DNA from: Candidatus Cloacimonadota bacterium
GTDB lineage: Bacteria; Cloacimonadota; Cloacimonadia; G963667145
Direction of reading: 5' to 3'
DNA: 64,000 bases
Assembly: GCA_963676615.1 (NCBI GenBank)
Contig: OY781092.1
Coordinates: 608,001-672,000 of the forward strand
In this document: positions 8,561-18,562 of the stretch, piece after piece
Position numbering within the stretch: the first letter of the stretch is position 1
How the letters are laid out: every line of letters begins with the position of its first letter
Notes under the pieces: generated by a model
Told to the model about the DNA's origin: nothing
The model's input: the letters and a program-made list of their open reading frames with translations, nothing else
Databases searched by the model: none
Program-made: the position numbers and the translations under genes

Positions 8561-10426
8561 ATGCTGCTGTCTGCTAGCAATCTGAAGGTTGGCTATCCGG
8601 GGAACGAGCTTTTTTCGGGTATCACTTTTATGGTGCAGTCGTCCGACAAAATAGGCGTGATTGGCGACAATGGCTGCGGAAAATCTTCTTTTTTTTCGGC
8701 GCTTTTGGAAGAGGGCGCATTTTTGGGTGGCGACATCAGCAAAAAAAAAGGGTTGAGGATTGCTCATCTGGAGCAAAGTTTATCGGCGAGTTTGCAAAAA
8801 ACGGTTTGGGATTTTGCTTGTGAAGCCAGAGCGGATATTTTTGTGCTTGAGCGAGAAATTGAGCAACTATCTCGGGAGCAAGAGGCGGACAAAAGCCAGG
8901 AGCTAATGCATCGTTTGGCGGACATGCAGGAGAGGTTTGCTCTGGCGGGCGGATATAGCGTTCAGGCGGAAATCAAGTCGGTTTTGACTCACCTAAACTT
9001 CTTTGAAGAAAGTTGGAATCTGCCGCTAAACACCCTTAGTGGCGGGCAAGTTGCTCGACTGCAACTTGCGAAAGTTCTTTTGTCAAAATTCGATTTGCTT
9101 TTGCTTGACGAACCAACAAATCACCTAGATTTTTTGATGATTTCTTGGCTGGAAAAGTATCTGCTAAATCTCAAAAAGCCTTACTTGGTTATTTCTCACA
9201 ATCGGAGTTTTTTGGATAAGGTGACCAGCAAGCTTTTTCATCTGAACCAGAAAAATTTGACGGTCTATCACGGCGATTTTGCTCATTTTCAAAAAGAGTT
9301 TGTTTTGCTGCGTCAAAAGCAGGAAAAAGATTATTTGCAGCAAAAAAAACAGATTGAGAAGACCAAAGATTTTGTTGCTCGGAATATGGCAGGGCAAAAG
9401 ACGAAGCAGGCGGCGTCGCGTTTGCGGGCGTTGGAAAAGATGGATATTTTGTCCGCTCCTGCTAGCCAAAAAGAGTTTAGCATAAAGTTTAATAAGTCTG
9501 GGCGGACGGGGCAGAAAGTTCTGGAATGCAAAAAGTTAGCTGTTGGTTACGGAGAAAAAACTCTAGCTGAAAAAATCGATTTGCTTCTCTCGTATGGAGA
9601 TAGAGTGGCGATTGTCGGCAAAAACGGTTGCGGCAAGTCCACATTTTTATCGACTATTTGTGGGATGTTTTCGCCTTTGTCGGGCGAGATTAAGCACGGC
9701 AGCAAGCTCAAAATCGGCTATTTCGACCAAAACCATTTTCAGTTAGACGGTCAACAAAGCGTGTTGCAGGCGATTTGGGATTTTTTGCCGGGAGAGCCGA
9801 TAGGCAAGCCGCTTTCGTATTTGGCGGTGTATGGATTTTCGGGCGAGACGGTGGAGCGAAAAGTGGCGACGCTCAGCGGTGGCGAGAAATCAAGGCTTTA
9901 TCTGGCTCGCTTGATTTTGCAAAATCCGAATTTGCTTATTCTGGATGAACCGACGAACCATTTGGATCTGAAGACGATTTTGGCGCTGGAAAAGGCTTTG
10001 GCTAGCTATCAAGGGAGTTTGCTTTTTGTGTCGCACGATAAATATTTTGTGGAAAAGCTGGCTTCTAAGTTTTGGATTTTTGAAAAAAACAGCATCAAGG
10101 AGAGGTTAGACTGCGATTACAGTGAGTTTGAGTATCGGAAAAATAAGCCAAAAAAAACGCAGGCGGAGCAAAAAAAAACGAGCAGGCGAGTGAATCCGCA
10201 CAAGTTGGAGCTGATGGAGAAAGAGATTGCCGAGCTGGAGGCGAAATTGAAAGCTTTGGAAGAAAATTTGCAGGCAAATTATCAGCTTTTGGCGGACAAA
10301 AATATTTATCAAAATTCGCAAAAATTGTCAGAGGTAAACGAGGCTATCTTCTTGCAAGAAAAGAAGATAGGCGAGCTAAAAGAAGATTTGGAGAAAAAAG
10401 AGACCGACTATTTGGAGTTGTGCTGA
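8561..10426 (+). CDS. ABC-F family ATPase with C-terminal coiled coil (Uup/YdiF-like)
   Basis: Two ABC cassettes (GDNGCGKS/LSGGQ/LLLDEPTNHLD and GKNGCGKS/LSGGE/LILDEPTNHLD); no TM segments. Confidence 0.93.
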   Translation: MLLSASNLKVGYPGNELFSGITFMVQSSDKIGVIGDNGCGKSSFFSALLEEGAFLGGDISKKKGLRIAHLEQSLSASLQKTVWDFACEARADIFVLEREIEQLSREQEADKSQELMHRLADMQERFALAGGYSVQAEIKSVLTHLNFFEESWNLPLNTLSGGQVARLQLAKVLLSKFDLLLLDEPTNHLDFLMISWLEKYLLNLKKPYLVISHNRSFLDKVTSKLFHLNQKNLTVYHGDFAHFQKEFVLLRQKQEKDYLQQKKQIEKTKDFVARNMAGQKTKQAASRLRALEKMDILSAPASQKEFSIKFNKSGRTGQKVLECKKLAVGYGEKTLAEKIDLLLSYGDRVAIVGKNGCGKSTFLSTICGMFSPLSGEIKHGSKLKIGYFDQNHFQLDGQQSVLQAIWDFLPGEPIGKPLSYLAVYGFSGETVERKVATLSGGEKSRLYLARLILQNPNLLILDEPTNHLDLKTILALEKALASYQGSLLFVSHDKYFVEKLASKFWIFEKNSIKERLDCDYSEFEYRKNKPKKTQAEQKKTSRRVNPHKLELMEKEIAELEAKLKALEENLQANYQLLADKNIYQNSQKLSEVNEAIFLQEKKIGELKEDLEKKETDYLELC

Positions 10427-11271
10427 TTTTTTTGGTGCAATTTTATAAATTTGTAGGTGGCGTCGATGACTTTGTTCAGCGTTTCGGGGCTGCAATTTTG
10501 GACGATGTCTTGGGTGGTGTGGTGATGTGGGAAAGGCCAGCCGATGACGGCGATTGTCGGAATCCCTTGCAAAATAAAGGGTAGATGGTCGTCGCAAATA
10601 TACTTGCCGTCGGTTGAGCTAAAGTTTGCCGCTTGCCAAAAGCTTTGGTTTAGCTCGGGGAATGCGGCTTGAGCAAATTTTTCTTGGCAAAATATTTGCT
10701 TTTTTCCAGCGACCATATCTAGCAAAATCACGAGTTTGTAGCGCTTGCTATCGATTTTTTGGGCGTAATTTTTTGAGCCAAGTATCCAGTTTTCGCTGGA
10801 ACTATTTTTGCCTTGATCTTCCAAATCAAAAAAAGCAAAATCGATGCCAAAATTTTTTGACTCTTCGGAAAACTTTTTGGCTAAAGTGAGTAAAGCCGCA
10901 ACGCCGCTAGCGCCGTCGTTCGCTCCCAGCACAGGCAGATGCGGAAATTTCGGGTCGTTATCGGCTTTAAACCTTGTGTCGTAGTGCGTGCAGAGCAGAA
11001 TTCTTGGGCTGATTTTGGGGTTTAGTTTGGCGATAATGTTCACGCCTTTTTGAGGTTTATTGCGCAAAAAAGCAACGAACGAGTCTTGTTTGACGCTGCA
11101 ATTTTTTAGGTTTGCCAGCTCATCGACGATATAGCTTCTGGCTTGTTCAATACCAGCGGAGTTTGGCTGTCGTGTGCCGAAATTGGTAAGTCGCACAAGG
11201 ATGTCGAAAGCCGAGCCAAAAAGGCAAACTGCCGCCCAGCAAAATAGCAGAACTAAGATATTTTTTTGCAA
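10408..11271 (-). CDS. Secreted M28-family peptidase / glutaminyl cyclase-like protein
   Basis: HYDTR, GANDGASGVA, FFDLEDQG, LLDMV, DDHLPF, HHTTQD. Signal peptide follows the probable TTG start at 11271. Confidence 0.85.
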   Translation of the reverse strand: MQKNILVLLFCWAAVCLFGSAFDILVRLTNFGTRQPNSAGIEQARSYIVDELANLKNCSVKQDSFVAFLRNKPQKGVNIIAKLNPKISPRILLCTHYDTRFKADNDPKFPHLPVLGANDGASGVAALLTLAKKFSEESKNFGIDFAFFDLEDQGKNSSSENWILGSKNYAQKIDSKRYKLVILLDMVAGKKQIFCQEKFAQAAFPELNQSFWQAANFSSTDGKYICDDHLPFILQGIPTIAVIGWPFPHHHTTQDIVQNCSPETLNKVIDATYKFIKLHQKNQHNSK

Positions 11272-11352
11272 ATTTTTCTCTTTTTTTTTATTTAATGGGG
11301 CAAATCTATTGACACCAGAATAAAGCAAATAATCTGCTGTAAAGAGAAAATT

Positions 11353-14300
11353 ATGGAAAAATTGTTAGAAAAAATTGCGAAATCGTCGCTGATAAAAGAT
11401 TTTTTGGCGTTGCCAAAAGATGTTGTTTTTGGAACAAATTGCTCGCTAGATATGGCTTTGCGGCTTTATTTTTTGGCAAAAACTCGCCAGAAAAAAATTG
11501 TGTTGGTTTGTTCCGATTTGCAAAAAGCTCAAAAAATTGTTTTCGATATAAATTTGATTCAAGAAAATTTTGCGCACTATTTGCCCGATTTCGATCTTTT
11601 GCCCTACGAGGGGCGTTCTTCGTCTTTGGGCGTTTTGGAGCAGCGGATTGTGGTGCTTCAGCGTTTGCATTCTTCCGATTCTGGCGTCTTTTGTATGTCC
11701 GCAGCTGCGGCTTTGCGGCGGTTGCCGATTGTGAAAAAATTTCCGTCTTTTACGATAAAAACAGGGCAGATTTTACCGCCAGAGCAACTGAGCGATAAAC
11801 TCATATCTTGTGGCTACGAAAGGCATTATCAGGCTTATAACAGCGGCGAGTTTGCTCAGCGGGGCGAAATTTTTGACATTTGCATTCCTGGTGGTTCGTG
11901 TGGCGTTCGGCTGGAATACGATTACGATGCAATTGGGCGCATTCGTTTTTTTGACCTGCAGACGCAGCTCACCAACCAGCAGGTTGCGTCGGTGAAAGTT
12001 TTGCCAGCGCGAGAATTTTCTTTGTTTGAGGCTACTCCCAAAAACGATGAAATTGCGAAGAAAATCAAAGAGTTTGGCTATTATCAAGGCGTGGAAAACG
12101 ATTTGTCGGCGATTTTTTCGACGAGATCTATTGCCGAAAGTGACGAATTGCTTTTGTTTTTGGACGATTTGGATTTGTCAAAAAGTGCCGAAGAGCTGGC
12201 TGACGAGGCGCTGCAGTCGAGCTTGGAGGCTGAAAAAATTTGGGTTGAGCCAAGCGAGATTTTTGCTTCTGTTGAAAGATTGAAAAAGACTGAAAAACCG
12301 GCGTTTGTGTTTAGCGGTGTTCAGGTTGCGGATAAAAGATTTTTGCCGTCGTCGTTGCAAGCGGGAGTGAATTTGCAGGGGAATTTGAAGTTGCTGGAGT
12401 TCGAGCTGAAGCGGGCGACTGACGCTGGGCACACCTTGACAATTCAGGCGGATAACAAGGCGCAGATCAAAAGGCTGAAAAATATTTTAAGCAAACGATA
12501 TCAGATTTCCTACGAGTTGGGCGTTTTTTCGTCTGGTTTTTGCCTTGAAGATGTTCGACTCACGGTTTTTACAGATCATCAGATTTTTAATCGTTATGTT
12601 GGGAATCGTTCGCTGGCTAAGGGCAAAAAAGTTGTGGAGAAGCCGCAGTTTTTGGAGCAAGGCGAGTATTTGGTGCATTCGGATTATGGTGTGGGAATTT
12701 ATGGGGGACTTAAGACCACGCTGGTGGACGGAAAGACGGTGGAGTGTTTGGTGCTGTATTATCAGGGCGGAGATGCGATTTTTTTGCCGTCGTATTCGCT
12801 GGATAAGGTTTCGAAGTTTGTAGCTGCCGAGGGTGTCGAGGTTAAGCAGGATAAAATCGGGTCGAAAAAATGGCGGAACACGAAAGCGAAGGTTAAGAAA
12901 AAAATCGAGGTCATTGCCAAAGATTTGGTCGATTTTTACGCTAAAAGGTCGAAAGTTGCGGGAATCTCTTTTTTGGCGGACGATCAGATGCAGGAGAGTA
13001 TGGAGGCGGAGTTTTTGTATGAGCCCACGCGAGACCAGCTGGCGGCGATTGAGCAGATAAAAAAAGATATGCAGGCGCCTTCTCCGATGGAGCGGCTTTT
13101 GTGCGGCGATGTTGGCTATGGCAAGACGGAAGTGGCGATACGGGCGGCTTTTAAGGCGGTTTGCTCGTCATATCAGGTGGCTGTTTTGTCGCCGACGACT
13201 TTGCTGTGCGAGCAACTTTTTACAGTATTTTCGCAGCGGCTGGCGATGTATCCAGTCAAGATTAAGATGCTGAGTCGTTTTGTGAAAAAGTCGGAGCAAG
13301 CGGCGACGATTAAAGAGCTGCAAGAGGGAAGAGTGGATATTGTCATCGGCACGCATCGTTTGCTCTCCAAAGATATTGCTTTTGCAAAGTTGGGGCTGCT
13401 TGTGATTGACGAGGAACACCGTTTTGGGGTGCGAGCCAAAGAGAAATTGCGGAAGCTCAAACACAATATCGACACGCTTTATATGTCGGCGACGCCGATT
13501 CCAAGGACTTTGAATATGGCGCTGAGTGGCGTGAAAGATATTAGTCTTATTTTGTCGGGACCAAAGCAAAGAGTGCCGATAAATTCGGTGGTTAGCTACT
13601 ATCAAAAAAGTTTGCTACGCAACGCAATTCAAAAAGAAGTTTCCAGAGGCGGTCAAGTTTTTTTCGTTCATAATCGAGTGGAGAGCATCCAAAAAGAGCT
13701 GGAAAAATTGCAAAAACTTTTGCCGTCGGTGAGTATGAAAGTCGCGCACGGGCAGATGAAAGAGACGGAGCTGGAGAAAATAATTTTGGATTTTTATCAC
13801 AATAAATTTTCGGTTTTGGTCTGCACGAGTATCATCGAAAACGGCATCGACATTGCCAACGCGAACACGATTATCGTCAATCGCGCCGATCTTTTTGGGC
13901 TTTCGAGCCTCTATCAGCTCAAAGGCAGAGTGGGTAGGAGCAGCCAGCGGGGCTATTGTTACTACCTTTTGCCAAAAGGTGCCAGTTTGGAGCAGCGAAA
14001 TCGATTGCAATCGCTCTCGGCTCCTGGAAGCAGCGGCTATAAAGTGGCGATGCTTGATATGCAGGTGCGTGGAGTCGGCTCGATGGTCGGCACAGGGCAG
14101 TCGGGCAACATCGCTCAAATCGGCTTCAATTACTACAACAATTTGCTCAGCGACGCCATCGCCAGTATAAGTGAGGGGAAAAAGTATAAGCCGCAAGATG
14201 TTGATTTGGAAGTAGATGGCGAGTTTTACATCCCCGCAGATTATATCGAAGACGCCGAAATTCGCTTGGAAATTTACTCTCGGATGTTGAAATTTACGAC

Positions 14301-14625
14301 CAAAAATCAGTTTGATCAGCTAGTTTTGGAGCTGGAAAATCGGTTTGGCGAATTGCCGAGTGCGGCGCTTTCGGTCGTTACTTACTACACAATTACGATG
14401 TTTGCTAAAACCTTGGGAATTAAGAAGATAAAGCACCGAAAGAAGAGAGCGGTTTTTGTTTTTGATAAAGTGCCTGCGCAAAAAACGCTGGAAGGTTTGA
14501 TGAAGTCCAGTTATCAGGTGGAGTTCGATTTGGTGCAAGGTTTTGAGCTAAAGGTTGTCGTCGGTTTGGAGCAAAATTTGGCGAAAGTTGTCGAAATTCT
14601 TACACTTTTGGCAGCGTCAAATTAG
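11353..14625 (+). CDS. mfd: Transcription-repair coupling factor Mfd
   Basis: CarD-like domain (LVHSDYGVGIY), GDVGYGKTEVA, DEEHRFG, SATPIPRT, QLKGRVGRS, C-terminal TRCF domain (IPADYI...RFG). Confidence 0.97.
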   Translation: MEKLLEKIAKSSLIKDFLALPKDVVFGTNCSLDMALRLYFLAKTRQKKIVLVCSDLQKAQKIVFDINLIQENFAHYLPDFDLLPYEGRSSSLGVLEQRIVVLQRLHSSDSGVFCMSAAAALRRLPIVKKFPSFTIKTGQILPPEQLSDKLISCGYERHYQAYNSGEFAQRGEIFDICIPGGSCGVRLEYDYDAIGRIRFFDLQTQLTNQQVASVKVLPAREFSLFEATPKNDEIAKKIKEFGYYQGVENDLSAIFSTRSIAESDELLLFLDDLDLSKSAEELADEALQSSLEAEKIWVEPSEIFASVERLKKTEKPAFVFSGVQVADKRFLPSSLQAGVNLQGNLKLLEFELKRATDAGHTLTIQADNKAQIKRLKNILSKRYQISYELGVFSSGFCLEDVRLTVFTDHQIFNRYVGNRSLAKGKKVVEKPQFLEQGEYLVHSDYGVGIYGGLKTTLVDGKTVECLVLYYQGGDAIFLPSYSLDKVSKFVAAEGVEVKQDKIGSKKWRNTKAKVKKKIEVIAKDLVDFYAKRSKVAGISFLADDQMQESMEAEFLYEPTRDQLAAIEQIKKDMQAPSPMERLLCGDVGYGKTEVAIRAAFKAVCSSYQVAVLSPTTLLCEQLFTVFSQRLAMYPVKIKMLSRFVKKSEQAATIKELQEGRVDIVIGTHRLLSKDIAFAKLGLLVIDEEHRFGVRAKEKLRKLKHNIDTLYMSATPIPRTLNMALSGVKDISLILSGPKQRVPINSVVSYYQKSLLRNAIQKEVSRGGQVFFVHNRVESIQKELEKLQKLLPSVSMKVAHGQMKETELEKIILDFYHNKFSVLVCTSIIENGIDIANANTIIVNRADLFGLSSLYQLKGRVGRSSQRGYCYYLLPKGASLEQRNRLQSLSAPGSSGYKVAMLDMQVRGVGSMVGTGQSGNIAQIGFNYYNNLLSDAIASISEGKKYKPQDVDLEVDGEFYIPADYIEDAEIRLEIYSRMLKFTTKNQFDQLVLELENRFGELPSAALSVVTYYTITMFAKTLGIKKIKHRKKRAVFVFDKVPAQKTLEGLMKSSYQVEFDLVQGFELKVVVGLEQNLAKVVEILTLLAASN

Positions 14626-15702
14626 TTGTGCTCCGTTTTTTGTAATGACGATGTCGTCCTCGATTCTTATTCCGAACTTTTTTTTCCAAAAATAAAGTCC
14701 CGGCTCAACGGTGATGACCATATTTTCGGAAAGCGGCAGATTTGGCAGGCTCAAATCGTGAGTTTCTAGACCCAGATGATGCGAAACGCTGTGCATAAAA
14801 TATTTTGTTAGCTCCGATTTTTGCGTGATGACGCCCATCTGCACAAGACTTTCGCCCAAAATTTCGCAACAGATTTCGTTCAAATCTTTGAGCAGCATTT
14901 TTGGCTTGGCGTGTTCGATGACCGTTTTTTGAGCCTTCTGCACCCAGAACAAAGCTTTTTCTTGCAAAGATGTCGGCTGCAAGAAGTAGGAGCGAGAAAT
15001 ATCGGCGCAATAGTCTTGAAATTTTGCGCCCAAATCGAAAAGCACATTGTTTTGCAACCGCCCGCTGTAGCCTTGTTTATGCAAAACACACGAGCCCGCA
15101 TCGCAGGCGATTATTGGCGTAAACGCTTGTTCAAGGACGCCGTTTTTGGCAAGGAAATAGTCGAACTCCGCTTTCAAATCTAGCTCTTTTGTGCCCGAGA
15201 CCAAAAATTTTTCAAGATGAGCTATCGCCTTTTTGGTGATATTGTTGGCTGTTTTTATCTTTTCTAGCTCGTCTTCATCTTTCACCATCCGCAGCGGGGC
15301 GATGAGTGGAGTTGCGCTTTCCAGTTTTTCTGGCGGAAATTTTTTGGCAAGCAAGTCAACTTTTAGGAAGAAAACATTTTTTGGCTGTTGAAGCTCAACA
15401 TATTTTGTGTCGGAAAAAAGTTTTCTGAACTTAATCTTTTGCAAAAAATCAAAAATATTTTCACTTTCTTGAGGCGTCCCTTTTTCATACGAGACGGTCG
15501 TTTGTCCAGTCCAAACTTTTTCGGTTTCGCTTTTATTTTTGCGAAAATAAAAAACATCTTGGTTGGAGATGAGCAAAAAATCGGCTTTTTTAAACCCAAG
15601 ATAGCGCAAATTGGCGTTATCCTGAAACAACGCCCATTGTTCGCTCTCTAGCAGATTTTGGATTTTTTTGACTCTTTTCAAACTATTCGAAAAGGTCTTC
15701 AT
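14617..15702 (-). CDS. Xaa-Pro aminopeptidase (M24B)
   Basis: LRMVKDEDE, DLGA..YCADISR, HSVSHHLGLETHD, TVEPGLY, GIRIEDD. Confidence 0.92.
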   Translation of the reverse strand: MKTFSNSLKRVKKIQNLLESEQWALFQDNANLRYLGFKKADFLLISNQDVFYFRKNKSETEKVWTGQTTVSYEKGTPQESENIFDFLQKIKFRKLFSDTKYVELQQPKNVFFLKVDLLAKKFPPEKLESATPLIAPLRMVKDEDELEKIKTANNITKKAIAHLEKFLVSGTKELDLKAEFDYFLAKNGVLEQAFTPIIACDAGSCVLHKQGYSGRLQNNVLFDLGAKFQDYCADISRSYFLQPTSLQEKALFWVQKAQKTVIEHAKPKMLLKDLNEICCEILGESLVQMGVITQKSELTKYFMHSVSHHLGLETHDLSLPNLPLSENMVITVEPGLYFWKKKFGIRIEDDIVITKNGAQLI

Positions 15703-16327
15703 AGTTTATTTTTTGCTCGCTATCGCCTTCGGGAGCGTAGGGGCTGCTGGATTCTTGGACTTTGTTTTTGTCTTTAAAGCTGCCAAGGCTGACATCCAAA
15801 TTCACAGTGCCGCCAACAGCAATGTCTTCGCCCGCGGCAGGCACAGATGAGATGACCACATCTTTGCGGATCTCTTGATTGTAATACCGCGAAATTTTGC
15901 CGATTTTTAGTCCCAAAGTCTCCAGTTGGCTTTTGACCAACTCCAAATCCGTGCCTATCAGCAGCGGCATTTTGATCATCTTTACGCCTTTGCTCAGCAC
16001 CACATTTATCGTGCGAAATCTTTTCACAATCGAACTGTCCACTGGCTCTTGCTCGATGACATACCCCACGGGAAATTCGCTGCTATATTCTCTGGAAACA
16101 TCCTGGATATAAAGTTTGTTCTCCTTGCAAATATCCGCCGCTTTGGGAAAATTCTCGCCGACCAAATTCGGCACCATCACCTCATTGCCGTGGTCAACCA
16201 CGAGTTTCATCACGATATTTGTCGAAAACATTCCCAAAAAAAACAAAACGACCAAAATTCCCGCAAGCAAAATCCCCGCAACAATTTTTTTTAACCGCTT
16301 TTTTCTCTTCAGCTTTTTCTCTTCCAT
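15683..16327 (-). CDS. Membrane-anchored PASTA-domain protein (two PASTA repeats)
   Basis: N-terminal TM helix; VPNLVG...VIEQEP...INVVLSKG and MPLLIG...VISSVPAAG...VSLG. Confidence 0.88.
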   Translation of the reverse strand: MEEKKLKRKKRLKKIVAGILLAGILVVLFFLGMFSTNIVMKLVVDHGNEVMVPNLVGENFPKAADICKENKLYIQDVSREYSSEFPVGYVIEQEPVDSSIVKRFRTINVVLSKGVKMIKMPLLIGTDLELVKSQLETLGLKIGKISRYYNQEIRKDVVISSVPAAGEDIAVGGTVNLDVSLGSFKDKNKVQESSSPYAPEGDSEQKINYEDLFE

Positions 16328-16351
16328 AATAAATCTTCCTTGAATTAAATT

Positions 16352-18562
16352 TCAAAATCTTCTGACTTTTCGCTCCACACTGCGGACAGAGCCTAGTTTT
16401 TTAATCTCCTCAATTGCGCTGTTGAGCGACTTTAGAGAGTTTGTGACCAAAAACAAAACAATCTCCAAATTGTGATCTTTGCGAAGTTTGTTGCCCGTTT
16501 TTTCCACCGTCAAATCGTATTTGGCGAAAATGGAGAGAATGTCGATTAAAATGTTGTTTTTATTTTTGCAAACGATTTTTAGTCGGTTCAAATTTCCTTT
16601 TGACGACGATTTTCCGCCAGAATAGTCCCATTCCACCGAGATAAACCGCTCGGGCATCTCCTCTTTTTTTTGCAAAAAATTCGGCTCTTGGCAATCTTGG
16701 CGATGGACGATGATGCCTCTGCCTTTGGTCACAAATCCCACAATTTCGTCTCCCGGCAGGGGCGAGCAGCACCGAGCGTATTTAATCATCAGATTTTTTT
16801 GCCCATCGACGATTACGCCCGAAATTTTCTCGGCGAGGCTTTCCTTCTTTTTTTCGACAGGCCTTTTTTTGCTCTCTGCGGAGTTGCTGTTCAGCTTGTC
16901 GATAATCTGCGGAAAAATGATGTTTCCTTGCCCCAGTTGAGCGTAAAAATCTTGCATATTGCCGATGTGAAACTTTTTGGCAAGCTCAAGCGTCTCTTGA
17001 TCGGAGCTGAATTTGATGTGGAACTTTCTGCATTTTTTGGCAAAAATCTCTTTGCCCAGCTCGATTGCGTCCTCCAGCTGTCTTTTTTTCAGGTAAGAAC
17101 GGATTTTCGAGCGAGCTTTGGACGACTTTACATACTTCAGCCAGCTTTTGTTAATATTGACTTTGCTAGATGTCGTAACCTCAACTTTATCGCCAGTTTT
17201 CAGCTTTGTCCGCAAAGGCTTAATCACGCCGTTGACCTTGCCGCTGAGGCAACAGGAGCCGACTTGTGAATGGATAGAAAAAGCGAAATCGAGGATAGAA
17301 GCGCCTTTGGGCAGCTCAAGCAGATCGCCCTTTGGCGTCGTCACGATGATGATTTCGGGATACAAATCCATCTGTAAGTTGTCCAAAAATTCGTCGCTGA
17401 CCTGCTTTTCGTTGTTTTGCAAAAACTTCCGCACAAAACCAAGTTGCGACTCGAACTCTTGATTGACGCCTTGCGACGCCTTTTTCTCCAGATTTTTGCT
17501 GGAATAGTTCGTGTGCTCCTTATATCTCCAGTGCGCCGCCACGCCCTCTTCGGCGTATTTGTCCATTTTGTGCGTGCGGATTTGCACCTCGAGCTTTTTA
17601 TTTTGCGGACCAATGACCACCGTATGTAGCGACTGATAGCCGTTCGGCTTGGGATTTGCAATGTAATCTTTGACGATATTCAGCGGCTTGTAAACCGCGT
17701 GCAAAGCGCCAAAAGCGTAATAGCACTCCTCTTGCTTATCGACTAAAATTCGCACGGCGTTGAGGTCTAAAATCTCTTCGTAAGGAACGCCTCGCACCAT
17801 ATTTTTGCGAAAAATGCTGTAAAAATGCTTGCTCCGAGACAAAACTTCGGCGTTGATTTTGTATTTTTGTAGCTGCTTTTGAATTTGCTGACAAACCACA
17901 TCTTTTAGGAATTTGTCTCGCTGCTCTTTTTTCGTCTGCACAAGTGCTGCAATTCTTTTGTAAGCGCTTGGATGCAAAGTCTTTAGGCAGCGGTCTTCCA
18001 GCTCGTTTTTTATCCAAGACAGCCCAAATCTGTTCGCCAAAGGTGCGTAAATCGAGAGCGTCGAGCGAGCAATCCGCTTCTGCTTTGCTGGCGGCAGATA
18101 CTTGATTGTTCGCATATTGTGCAGCCTGTCCGCCAGTTTTATCAGGATAACACGCACATCTTGGGTGATCGACACCAAAAGTTTGCGGAAATTTTCGGCT
18201 TGCTTATCCATTTGGGACGAACCCTTGAAATGCAAATCGGAGATTTTTGTAACGCCTTCGACAAGCCCAGCGACTCGCTCTCCAAAAATCTCGGCAACGC
18301 TTTGATAGTCGTGCTTTGTGTCCTCGATAATGTCGTGCAAAAGCCCTGCGATAATCACGCTGGTGTCCATATTCAGCCTCGCCAAAATGTAGGCGGTGCT
18401 CAGCGGATGGATGATGTAATCTTCGCCCGAGCTGCGTTTTTGCCCTTTGTGCGCCTCTGTGGCGAACTCCACGGCTTTTTTCAGTTTGTCGATGTCGGGG
18501 CGATTTTTCAGCTTTGCCAGCTCGTCCCAAAAATTTTCTTGGGTAATGTTGCAAAAATCCAT
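16352..18562 (-). CDS. rel: Long bifunctional (p)ppGpp synthetase/hydrolase (RelA/SpoT homologue)
   Basis: HD domain (LLHDIIED, KLADRLHNMRT), synthetase (KDYIANPKPNGYQSLHT, EVQIRT, AAHWRYKE), TGS, CC (ARCCSPLPGD) and ACT domains. Confidence 0.96.
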   Translation of the reverse strand: MDFCNITQENFWDELAKLKNRPDIDKLKKAVEFATEAHKGQKRSSGEDYIIHPLSTAYILARLNMDTSVIIAGLLHDIIEDTKHDYQSVAEIFGERVAGLVEGVTKISDLHFKGSSQMDKQAENFRKLLVSITQDVRVILIKLADRLHNMRTIKYLPPAKQKRIARSTLSIYAPLANRFGLSWIKNELEDRCLKTLHPSAYKRIAALVQTKKEQRDKFLKDVVCQQIQKQLQKYKINAEVLSRSKHFYSIFRKNMVRGVPYEEILDLNAVRILVDKQEECYYAFGALHAVYKPLNIVKDYIANPKPNGYQSLHTVVIGPQNKKLEVQIRTHKMDKYAEEGVAAHWRYKEHTNYSSKNLEKKASQGVNQEFESQLGFVRKFLQNNEKQVSDEFLDNLQMDLYPEIIIVTTPKGDLLELPKGASILDFAFSIHSQVGSCCLSGKVNGVIKPLRTKLKTGDKVEVTTSSKVNINKSWLKYVKSSKARSKIRSYLKKRQLEDAIELGKEIFAKKCRKFHIKFSSDQETLELAKKFHIGNMQDFYAQLGQGNIIFPQIIDKLNSNSAESKKRPVEKKKESLAEKISGVIVDGQKNLMIKYARCCSPLPGDEIVGFVTKGRGIIVHRQDCQEPNFLQKKEEMPERFISVEWDYSGGKSSSKGNLNRLKIVCKNKNNILIDILSIFAKYDLTVEKTGNKLRKDHNLEIVLFLVTNSLKSLNSAIEEIKKLGSVRSVERKVRRF

